A program made the translations under genes and the position numbers. A stretch of 64,000 bases of DNA from Anaeramoeba ignava BMAN (lineage: Eukaryota > Protista > Anaeramoebae): contig JAPDFW010000085.1 in NCBI GenBank assembly GCA_028826165.1, positions 248,001-312,000 on the forward strand, written 5' to 3'. Within the stretch, counting starts at the first letter, position 1, and the number at the start of each line of letters is the position of its first letter. Shown piece by piece: positions 10,374 through 21,323 of this stretch. The notes beneath the pieces are model-generated. The model saw only the letters and a program-made list of their open reading frames with translations, had not been told where the DNA came from and searched no databases.

Positions 10374-13300
10374 ATGACAAGCAAAGACAAAGAAACAAAT
10401 TGTATTTTTTCTTCAGCAAGAAACAGATACGAAATGTTTGTTAATTCCTACTTCAACATCCATAAAAGCAGTCAATCAAAAAATTCAATTTTGGAAGATG
10501 CTCAAAAAGAGTGGGCAAAATATAAGCAAGATAGTTTATATGTTAGCAACTTTATTCAAGCAAACTCGACAAGAGAACAACTGGTTCAAATCGAGAACAA
10601 AAAAAGAGAAAAGGAAATTGCAAAAAAGGAAGGAAAACCAAAAAAGAAAAAAAGGAAAACAAGAACAAAAAGAAAATTGGATAGAAAAGGATTGAAAAAA
10701 TTTTTATCAATAATTCTCCCAAAAAATTGCCAAATTCCAGTCATTGTTAGATTGAGTCAAAAGACTAGAAAGAAATTCGAAAAAACTGCAAAAAATTTAC
10801 TTCATTATCATCTTTTAGAAGAAGAGTATCAAAAAAACTTAAAAAGACCCCCTCAAAAAAATTCTGTTTTATCTGAAAGTTTGAATTTACTTGAAAATAA
10901 AGTTTCTGATATTAAAGATTTTTTACAAGAAAAGATAGATATTTTACATAACATCTCATCTAATCAAAAAATAAAAGGGAATATAAATATAAATGAAAAT
11001 ACAAATATAAATCAAAATGAAAATACAAATGAAAATACAAATGAAAATACAAATATAAATGAAAATCAAAATCAAAATCAAAATATAAATACAAATCAAA
11101 ATGAAAATACAAATGAAAATCAAAATGAAAATACAAATATAAATACAAATCAAAATACAAATGAAAATCAAAATGAAAATATAAATACAAATCAAAATCA
11201 AAATCAAAATATAAATCAAAATATAAATACAAATCAAAATCAAAATCAAAATCAAAATCAAAATCAAAATCAAAATCAAAATCAAAATACAAATGAAAAT
11301 CAAAATCAAAATCAAAATCAAAATCAAAATGAAAATCAAAATAAAAATCAAAATAAAAATCAAAATGAAAATCAAAATCAAAATCAAATTGAAAATGAAA
11401 ATGAAAATCAAAATCAAAATCAAAATATAAATCAAAATCAAAATCAAAATCAAAATCAAAATCAAATTGAAAATGAAAATGAAAATCAAAATCAAAATCA
11501 AAATCAAAATCAAAATATAAATTTAAATCAAAATCAAAATCAAAATCAAAATCAAAATCAAAATCAAAATCAAAATCAAAATCAAAATACAAATGAAAAT
11601 CAAAATCAAAATCAAAATCAAAATCAAAATGAAAATCAAAATAAAAATCAAAATCAAAATCAAAATCAAAATCAAAATCAAAATCAAATTGAAAATGAAA
11701 ATGAAAATCAAAATCAAAATCAAAATATAAATCAAAATCAAAATCAAAATCAAAATCAAATTGAAAATGAAAATGAAAATCAAAATCAAATTGAAAATGA
11801 AAATGAAAATCAAAATCAAAATCAAAATCAAAATGAAAATCAAAATATAAATCAAAATCGAAATCAAAATATAAATCAAAATCAAAATATAAATCAAAAT
11901 CAAAATCAAAATCAAAATCAAAATCAAAATCAAAATGAAAATCAAAATGAAAATCAAAATCAAAATATAAATTTAAATCAAAATCAAAAAATCAAAATCA
12001 AAATCAAAATCAAAATCAAAATCAAAATCAAAATCAAAATCAAAATCAAAATCAAAATCAAAATCAAAATCAAAATCAAAATATAAATCTAAATCAAAAT
12101 CAAAATCAAAATCAAAATCAAAATAAAAATCAAAATGAAAATAAAAATCAAAATGAAAATCAAAATCAAAATATAAATCAAAATATAAATCAAAATATAA
12201 ATATAAATCAAATCCAAAAAAAACAAAATTGGAACCTATTTAATTTTAATGATTTGACAAAATATCTGGAATTAAATGAAACAAATTTTTTGGATCAATT
12301 ATTTGGAAAATTTGATGAATTAATATCATTAAGTTTAAATGCAAAGAAAAGACTCCGAAAAAGAATTTATAGAATGAGGAATGCAACTAAAAAAGATAAA
12401 AAAGATAAAAAAAATAAAAATAAAGATAAAAAAGATAAAAGAAAAAAGAAAAAACCAAAACTCAAACCACAAAAAAAAAACAAAGAAATAAATAATCAAA
12501 AAAATTATGAAAAAGAAAACAAAGAAATGATTATAGAAGATTCAAAAATTGAAAAGGAAATTCAACCAAAAAAAGATAAACATTTCATAAAAGAAGAAAT
12601 CCAAAAAAAATCATTTAAAGAACAAGAAAATGAGTCACAAAATATGAAAGAAGAAGTTACTGATATTAATGATACCATAATAAATAATCAATTATCGAAA
12701 CCTTTTAAAAAATACCGAACAAGAAGTGTCACAAAATATGAACTAAAACAAAAAGAAAAATTATTAGAAGATGATTCTTCCAATTCAGAAACAACCTCAA
12801 ATTCTTTTGATAATGAAGATGATGAAGAAGATGATGATGAAGAGGAAAATGAAAATGATGAAGAGGAAAATATTCAAATCAACAACCAAAAAATTCTCTC
12901 TTCATTTCTTTCAAATGAATTTCCATCAGTGAATTATCCACAAAACCAAAACCAAAACCAAAACCACAATTTCCAGATCAATAAGAACAAAGGAAATAAC
13001 CAAACAAATCAACTCCCTCTTTTCCAAGAACCAAATCAAATCGAACATCATTTAATAATGGATATGAATATGAATATGTATCTTCAAATTAAGAATAATT
13101 CTCCAAAAAACCCAAAAAATGAAAGTAGTCCAAATATTCTTCTCTATCAAATTTTATATTGGGATGAGGTTGAAACAAGGATAGTAAAACTTATTAACTC
13201 AGGTGATGACCAAAATTCACCGTTGAACATCTTCCAACTTTTGGATTTCATTCGGGATGCGCAAAACTTTTGTTGTGTTGCGCTTGATCTAATTATGAAG

Positions 13301-15292
13301 AAGTACCGAATTAAACAGGAAGATCGATTCAGATTAATTGCACAGATTCTATTTTTTTGTCCTATGATATTTCTGCAAACAAAAACACAATCTTTATTCA
13401 TTGATATCCACAAACTCAAGAAAAATGCCAATTTAGTCGGTTTTCTTATTCAGGAATTCTTGCAAATTTTCCCTTTGTTTGCGAATGATTTTCAAAAAGG
13501 AATGGAAACAGAAATTGAGAAGGAAATCGCAAAATTAAAATATAAGAAATTAGCAGAGAAACCCAAAAAAGAGACAAGCAAAGGAGCAACAAAAATGGTA
13601 GAAGATTTTAACTTGGACAGTTTTTTTGCAATATACCAAATAAAGCGGCCATCTTTTTTCAGTTTGATTCCGAAGTATCTGCAAACACTTTTCATATGGA
13701 TCCAAAAGAAATCACAAAAATTCATATCGGAAAAAGAAAAAATAAAATACGATGACAATCCTTTTAGCAAACTAACAACGGTTGATTATGCCACAAAAGA
13801 GAAAATCACAATCAATCTAAGACATCCCGATAAATTTCACTGCGGAACACAAATCCAATATATGATTGAATTTTCCTCTTTTTTTCCAGACGAATGTCTT
13901 GTTGTTTTCATGAGCAATTCACGCATATACATCTCAAGTGATATGAAAAAGATGAATGAGAATATTGATAATATCCAATATCCAAACAATCCGAGCGATA
14001 ACCAGAATAAAAGCACGATCAAATCAAACGAAACATCCAAAGAAAACAGCAACAAAAAATCACAAATAATCAACAAACTCTCACAAATTTATCAATTTCT
14101 TACTACTGATAACACTGAAAAACAGAAAAATAATAATGGCGAGAATTTATTCCCAAATCATTTCCAGTTAGAAGGCCAAATGATGCAAGATGAATCAATT
14201 CAAACACTCTATTCATCAGTGTTTTTCTTTCTGGAGCAAAACAAAAACGATACAGAGACTAAAATACAAACAGAAAAATCGGGAAGATATCACTTCTCGA
14301 CAGGAAACGAGACACCAGCAATTTTTGTAATCCAGAAAAACGAGCCAACATCGGAATCACTAGCAAACGATTTATGGAAAAAATTGACAAAAACAAAAAA
14401 GCCTGTTGTTTCTCTTATTGTCGACAGCGGGAGTCCCGAAACAGACCCAAGATCTTTGCTTGCTGCGGTTTATTACGGGCGATTATGGCGAGATCTAGAT
14501 CTTGATATTTTGCAGGTTGCTTGTCATGCTCCAGACTCGAATAAATTCAACCCTTCCCATTTATTTTTGAAAAAATGGAACGCAAATCTCCGCGAGGCAA
14601 TATTTGGAGAAAAAGAACTCTGTGAACTCTGTAAATACCTCCAATCCGTCAAAGGCAACCCAGTTTTGGAAACACAACTTTTTGAGGCCATTTCAAAAAG
14701 ATTAGAAGATCTCTCAAAAGACAAAAACAAGTCAGAAAAAGATGTTCAATTCAAGCATCGGATCGACAGCAAAAATTTTCCTTACTCGGATTATGATACT
14801 GTTCGCAGATTTTTGGGAATGAACCCAAGCACAAACAATATAGAGCCTCAACTGACGATATTGAAGAAAGAAATACAGTTTCTTTTTGCTCATATGGAAA
14901 GAAGAGGATATTTTCTTTCCTTCAAACGATGCAATCAAGCTCAATGCCTTCATTGCAAAAAGCATCCAAATAAGTCAAAAAGCGTTGAGAATCTTCTGAA
15001 ACGAAATTCTTCCAAGATGTTTTCCCCAATCCCATCCGATATGTATCTTGGTCATTACTGCACCTTTCATGAAATCATCACAAATAATTCCCTTTCTTGT
15101 TATAACTCTCCTCCTCCTTCTTTTCGTACTTCTCTTCTTGAAAACTCCATCTCTAAATGTCCCTTCTTGAATTGTAATTATAGCTCTTTCGGAAAAGATG
15201 ATTTAGTTCGTCATGAAATGCTTTTTCATAATGATCAAATTTCTGAAAAGATCTCTGAAACAATTTCTGAAAAGATCTCTGAAAGGGATTAA
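10374..15292 (+). CDS. Large transposase-derived nuclear protein (HMG-box-like N-terminus, NQ tract, degenerate DDE/RNase H-like domain, C-terminal C2H2 finger); one frameshift at ~11990
   Basis: ORFs 10374-12086 and 12254-15292 join if one A is added in the homopolymer at ~11986-11991 (~1640 aa). Motifs: ARNRYEMFVNSY..AQKEWAKYK; KPVVSLIVDSGSPE..YYGRLWRDLDLDIL..HAPDSNKFNPSH; CPFLNCNY..DLVRHEMLFH. Confidence 0.7.
10980..12210 (+). repeat. Coding hexamer microsatellite (AAAATC/AAAATG/AAATAT) encoding ~400 aa of NQ/NE/NI/NT
   Basis: Directly visible and in frame with the host gene apart from one homopolymer indel. Confidence 0.9.
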
Positions 15293-15829
15293 AAAAGTAA
15301 AAAGGGGATCTATTTTTATTTTTATTTTTATTTTTAAAAACAAAAAAAAAAACAAAACCAAAAAATAACTTTGGCATTTATTTTTAATTAAATGTATGCA
15401 ATTAAAAAAGAAGAATCAATTTTTATTTTTATTTTTAATTTTAATTTTATTTTTAATTTTAATTTTAATTTTAATTTTAATTTTAAATTTTAATTTTAAT
15501 TTTAATTTTAATTTTAATGATGTGTTATTTTTTTAATTATTTTTCAATTAGATTTATTTGCTTTTTTTTTGATTTATTTTTTGATTTATTTTTTGATTTA
15601 TATTTGATCATTAAGAGATCAATTAAATTTAAATTAATTCAAAAAATTAAATTTAAATTAAATTATTAAGGAAAAAAAGGAAAATTACGAATCACTTTCT
15701 ATTTTTTTTATTAAAATTAAAATTAAAATTAAATTTAAATTTAAAAAAATTTTTTTTCATTTTTTTTCTTTCTTTTTCTTTTTCTTTTTTAAACAAAAAA
15801 TTTGGAGTATTATTAATAGAAGAATAAAT

Positions 15830-18377
15830 ATGTTTCGAAGATTTAAATCTCAAAAAAAAATAACAGAAAAGACTCAACCAATAATTCCTTCAATAATTAT
15901 TGAAACAACAGAATTTTTAGAAGAAAATGGTAAATACTCTTTAGATTAATTTATTTAACCTTTAAATTAAGATCAAACCAATAAATATTTAAATAAAAAA
16001 AATAAAAATAAAAATAAAAATAAAAATAAAAATAATAAACCTTTAAGCAAAATTCTAAATACATAAAAATTCAGATCTTATTTCAAATAAAAAGATTTTT
16101 TTTTTAAATTATATTTTGAAACAATCAAAAAATGATCAAATTTTTATTTAATTTTTTTTTAATTGAATAATTTTTTTTTTAAATTGATTGTAAAATGATC
16201 ATTTAAATTTTTTAATTTTAATTTTAATTTAATTATAAAATTATAAAAAAAAAGCAAAAAAAAATCAAATTTAATTTTTGATTAATTCAATTTAGTTTTT
16301 ATTATAATTTAAATTAAAATCCCCTTTTTATAATTTAATTTTTTAAATAAATTATTAAAAAAAATAAAAAAAAAAATGGATTTTTTTTAGCTCTTGATAT
16401 TGAATATATTTTTAGAGTTCCAGGAAGAGTTACTGATGTTGAAGAACTTACAAAAAAATTTCTGAATAATGATTTGACGATCAATCTTTTTACAGAAAAT
16501 ATTCATGTTGTAGCTTCAGTTTTAAAAAATTATCTTAGGATTCGTGAACCTCCTTTAATTGTGTTTAAACTTTATAGATCATTTCTTAAAATTGAAGGTA
16601 AAATCCAATCCAAAAAAAAAATCCAAAAAAAAAATTTATTAAATTTAAATCTATTTAAATCAATTTATTCAATTTAAATCAATTTAAATCAATTTATTCA
16701 ATTTATTTAATTTAAATCAATTTAAATCAATTTATTTAATTTAAATCAATTTAAATCAATTTAAAACAATTTATTCAATTTAAATCTATTTATTTAATTT
16801 AAATCAATTTATTCAATTTAAATCAATTTATTCAATTTATTTACAAAATTTAAATCAATTTATTCAATTTAAATCAATTTATTCAATTTAAATCAATTTA
16901 TAAATTTAAATCAATTTATTCAATTTATTTACAAAATTTAAATCAATTTATTCAATTTAAATCAATTTATTCAATTTATTCAATTTAAATCAATTTATTC
17001 AATTTATAAATTTAAATCAATTTATTTAATTTATTTACAATTTTTTAATTTCAATTTATTCAAATTTAAATCAATTTATTAAATTTAAATCAATTTAAAT
17101 CAATTTTTATTTTAAATTTATTTTATTTAATTTATTCAATTTATTAAATTTAAATCAATTTATTAAATTTAAATCAATTTAAATCAATTTATTCAATTTA
17201 TTCAATTTAAATCAATTTAAATAAATTTATTCAATTCATTAAATTTATTCAGTTTAAATCAATTTATTCAGTTTAAATCAATTTATTCAATTTAAATCAA
17301 TTTATTCAATTTAAATCAATTTATTTAATTTAAATCAATTTATTAAATTTATTCAATTTAAATCAATTTATTAAATTTAATTTAATTTAAATCAATTTAA
17401 ATCAATTTATTCAATTTAAATCAATTTATTCAATTTAAATCAATTTATTTAATTTAAATCTATTTATTTAATTTAAATCAATTTATTTAATTTAAATCAA
17501 TTTATTTAATTTAAATCAATTTAATTAATTTAAAACAATTTATTCAATTTAAATCTATTTATTTAATTTAAATCAATTTATTCAATTTAAATCAATTTAT
17601 TTACAAAATTTAAATCAATTTAAATCAATTTATTTAATTTAAATCAATTTATTCAATTTATTCAATTTAAATCAATTTATTTAATTTAAATCAATTTATT
17701 CAATTTAAATCAATTTATTTAATTTATTCAATTTATTCAATTTATTTAATTTAAATCAATTTATTCAGTTTAAATCAATTTAAATCAATTTAAATCAATT
17801 TATTCAATTTAAATCAATTTAAATCAATTTATTCAATTTATTAAATTTATTTGATTTCTATTCCAAAAAAAAAATAGCAAAACAAGAAGCAGACAAAAAT
17901 GAAAAACTAACTAAACTACTCTTAATGCTTCCAGAAGACAATCAAATAATTCTCAAATACATTTTTAAATTTCTGAACAAAGTAGCAAATCATTCAGATA
18001 TTAATAAAATGAATTCATCAAATTTAGCAGTAGTTTTTGGACCCAATATTTTTAGAGCGAAAAAAAGCAAAATAAAACAAGAAGCGAAGGATTTTCGATC
18101 AATCCAAAGCTTAACAAAACATTTTATTGATAATTGTGATGAAATTTTTGGAAAGTTTGAAAAGCTTCAAGAAGAATTAAAACCTTATGCATTAAAAAAA
18201 AGTCAATCATACAGTGCAACACCACCTACAAAACCAAGAAGACAATTATTTTCAAGCATTTCTCTTCCTTTAAATGCAAAAAAACAGCTTTTTTTAGAAG
18301 ATGCTGAAGATGATGAAAATCTCCAAATGTTTTCCTCAATTTCTGGTTTAATTTCTGAATCAATGCGTCAAGATTAA
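15830..18377 (+). CDS. RhoGAP-domain protein; 3 exons: 15830-15929, 16391-16597, 17878-18377
   Basis: Spliced protein has IIPSIIIETTEFLEEN-ALDIEYIFRVPG (arginine finger), HVVASVLKNYLRIREPPLI and NKMNSSNLAVVFGPNIF. GT-AG junctions are in frame. Confidence 0.9.
16640..17850. repeat. Compound tandem repeat (TTTAAATCAA / TTTATTCAA) filling RhoGAP intron 2 (16598-17877)
   Basis: Directly visible ~1.2 kb array. Confidence 0.92.
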
Positions 18378-18597
18378 TTTTGATAGATTTTCATCTTGAT
18401 TATTCGTCTTTTTTTTTGGAAATCAAATCAAATCAAATCAAATTATTTTTCAATTTCTTCTTTTTTGTTATTTTAGAAAGTAATTGAAAATTGTTATTTT
18501 GTTTTTGTTTTTGTTTTTGTTTTTGAAAGCAAAAGAAAAAATAAAAGTAAAATTCATTTTTTTATTTTTTTCATTTTTTTCATTTTAAAATTAAGAA

Positions 18598-19689
18598 ATG
18601 GATAATGTCAAAGATTTAGAAGAAATATCTGATGATTTAATAGAAGAACATCAACTTCAACCACAAAATCAACACCAATTAGTTCTTGGGTTAGTTTCTC
18701 TTAAATTTTCAATTCCGGCTGTTTTAATATTTGTATTTGTTTCAATTTTCACAACATATACACTTACGATGGTACAAAGCCATATTGAAAAAGGCAGAAT
18801 ACCTTATATTAGTGAGACCTCTGTTTATCAACCAGAATGTTTTATTGTAAATTGATTTTGTAAATTGATTTTATAAATTGATTTTATAAATTGATTTTAT
18901 TTTTATTATTTTTATTATTTTTATAAGTTTGGATTTGGAATGGCTTTTACTTCTGGTTTAATGTTGTTAATAGACTTTAGTATGTATTCTAGTACAAAAA
19001 TAAAAATCAAACGAGAAAACAAAGAAACTACAAAATTCATCTCATTAGTTAAAATATCTCGATTTTGTGGCATTTTCAAAATTAATTTAATGAAACTCAA
19101 TAATATTGCTTTTTTCCTTGGGATTATAGCTTCAATGTGTCTTACTTTGCTATCATCAGTAAATCTCGATCAATACAACAAAACTCACTATGTTTTTGCA
19201 TACAGTTTTTTTACAGCAACTGGATTTCATGGATTTATTATGGATTTTATTTTATATAAACTTTATCGAAAAAGAAAAAAAGATCTGAATTCAAAGGAAA
19301 ATGATAAAAATCAAAATGTTGAATTGGATCAAGTGGCTCTTGTTTCTGATGGTATCCAAATTCACGAAGAAAGCGATAATTTTGATTTCTCAGGCTTGGA
19401 ATCTTCTTTTCCCTCTGAAAATATCTCGCTATCTTTAAAAAAGGAAAAAATTTGGATCATTGTTCGATTGATTCTTGATATTTTTGAAATTACTTCTGGA
19501 TTAATTATGTCGTTATTTCTTGGTTGGATTATGAGAAAAAGTGGCTATGCTGTTGAAGAACATGAAAATCTCTTTTATAACATTGGAGCAATTTTCCAAT
19601 ACATACTTTTAGGCTCTCAATTTTTTCATACATTGGGATATAAAAATGAAATCAGAAATGTAAAAGTTGCTTTTTTTCAAGTTGATTAA
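18598..19689 (+). CDS. DRAM/TMEM150 (Frag1/DRAM/Sfk1 family) membrane protein; 2 exons: 18598-18846, 18928-19689
   Basis: PYISETSVYQPECFIFGFG motif after TM1, then THYVFAYSFF and further TM segments. The 81-nt intron (gtaaat...ataag) joins the two track ORFs in frame. Confidence 0.8.
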
Positions 19690-21227
19690 ATTAAAACTTT
19701 TTTTTTTTTGCTTTTTTTTGGAAATGAAATTAAATTAAAAAATAAAATTTGAAAAATGAAATGAAATGAAATGAAATTAAATGAAAAACATTCCAATTCT
19801 TCAACTTTCCAATTTGAATAAGATCCTGCCAAATAATTCTCTGCTTCAGTTGTTTCACTTTTGATTCCTTTTGGAGGATCATAACTATGGCCAATATTAG
19901 AAAAACCAGGTTGAAGATCTGAATGTAAAATAAGATCATGTCCATATCCAAAAATTGGACCATAAAGTGCATGATAATGAAGTGCGAACTTGGATTCTCG
20001 AGGATTGGAAATGGGTAATTTTTGAGGTGGATCAAGTTTTGGATTCTTCAAACTGAAAAGAAAAGAATCTGAATCTTGAATCCATCTGTTAGGTCCTTTA
20101 CTCCATCCAACTTGAGTGAATCCTCCAAAAATATAGTTATCTGTTGTTTTGATAACAACCAACGTTTTTCCTTTATCATCACAAATATCATGCCACTTTG
20201 TTCCTGTAAAACCATCTCTTTTGGCTGAAAATCCAAGTCGCATTCGTGAAAAGAAATCGTCGTCTTTGATCCATTCTTTTAGTTTATTGAAATGCTCACG
20301 TTCTTTAATAATTTGTGAGTTGAATTGAATTCGAGATTGGAAAATCAAAGAATTTATGCTTTTGGTTTCTTCTTGGTGATTTCGAAGAAATTCATTCAAT
20401 TTGTTTCCCGATTTAAGAGAGTTGATGTTTTGGAATTCGATGATTTTTTGAGAAACATCTCTTGGAATCAAACCTTGCTTCAAAGCAGTATCCAAATTGT
20501 CTGAGGAGATATCGATGAACCTAATTTTATGAATAGCATTGGAAATTTGGTTTTGCAAAGCTTCTTTTTCTTTGTTATCAAGTCTGAGATTTGTTTTATT
20601 GATATTGAGTTTATGCTTTCCCCATGAAATCAAAGAATTGAAAATTGTGAATTCGTTGGTTTTAATATCATCTTGTGATAGAATAAAAACTAAATGCCGT
20701 TCTTCAAGTTGTAGAAAAAAAGGAGTTTGGATAAACTCATCGAAATGAGTTGAAATGAATTGATAACAAAGCTCAATTAATTGATTGAAATTCATTGATT
20801 CGGATAAATTAAGAACGTCAACAACATTTGCTATTTGCAAATTTTTTTGGATATAATTGGAAGCAATTTCAATCACTTCATTAATTGAAAATCTTGTGGA
20901 AAAATGCAAAATTTCAACTGCATTTTGTAAACTCATTTCAATTTTCCCTGAATAAAGATAATTCAAAATTGAATATACACTTCCACTTGAAACTCCTAAT
21001 AAAATCATCTTGTTTTCTTCTAAATCTTTGATCTTGGAATTGAAGAAATTTTTGAAATATTCACTTCTTGAAGAGAGAATTGATTTATGAGTTTTGAATG
21101 AAATTGGTTGTGTTTCTTCGTTTTGTTGACAAACAACTTCAAAATCAAAATAATCCTCTTCTTTTTGGTTTTGAAAAAGGTTTTGTAAATCATTTGAAAG
21201 TTTTTCTAAATTTGAATACGTTTCCAT
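19686..21227 (-). CDS. BTB-BACK-TLDc protein
   Basis: BTB (FDFEVV..FKTHKSILSSRSEYFKNFF..ILNYLYSGKI), BACK-like helices and TLDc (FSAKRDGF..WHDICDDKGKTLVVIKTTDNYIFGGFT..GPIFGYGHDL). Likely start is METYS at 21227, just downstream of a TCATTTT motif. The true stop is probably near 19777 (ECFFI*) if a T-homopolymer is one base short. Confidence 0.85.
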   Translation of the reverse strand: METYSNLEKLSNDLQNLFQNQKEEDYFDFEVVCQQNEETQPISFKTHKSILSSRSEYFKNFFNSKIKDLEENKMILLGVSSGSVYSILNYLYSGKIEMSLQNAVEILHFSTRFSINEVIEIASNYIQKNLQIANVVDVLNLSESMNFNQLIELCYQFISTHFDEFIQTPFFLQLEERHLVFILSQDDIKTNEFTIFNSLISWGKHKLNINKTNLRLDNKEKEALQNQISNAIHKIRFIDISSDNLDTALKQGLIPRDVSQKIIEFQNINSLKSGNKLNEFLRNHQEETKSINSLIFQSRIQFNSQIIKEREHFNKLKEWIKDDDFFSRMRLGFSAKRDGFTGTKWHDICDDKGKTLVVIKTTDNYIFGGFTQVGWSKGPNRWIQDSDSFLFSLKNPKLDPPQKLPISNPRESKFALHYHALYGPIFGYGHDLILHSDLQPGFSNIGHSYDPPKGIKSETTEAENYLAGSYSNWKVEELECFSFNFISFHFIFQILFFNLISFPKKSKKKKVLI

Positions 21228-21323
21228 TTTGTTTAAAAAAATTGAAAAGAAAAAAAATGAAAAAAAAAAAGCAAAAATTAAAATTCCAAAATTTATTTTT
21301 TTCATTTTTTTCTTTTTAATAAA
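21228..21323. promoter_or_regulatory. 96-bp bidirectional promoter between the BTB-BACK-TLDc gene and RCC1-BTB copy 1
   Basis: Outward-facing TTTTCATTTT motifs at ~21254-21264 (minus) and ~21299-21309 (plus). Confidence 0.65.

Noticed and set aside
11980-11995. Programmed ribosomal frameshifting at the ORF breaks (11990, 19785, 45025)
   Set aside because: All lie in homopolymers, two of them within hexamer repeat tracts, with no visible stimulatory structure. Sequencing or consensus indel is far more parsimonious.
21228-21305. N-terminal extension MKKINFGILIFAFFF of the BTB-TLDc ORF as a signal peptide
   Set aside because: It reads through the T-rich bidirectional promoter and starts upstream of the initiator motif; METYS at 21227 is the likelier start.
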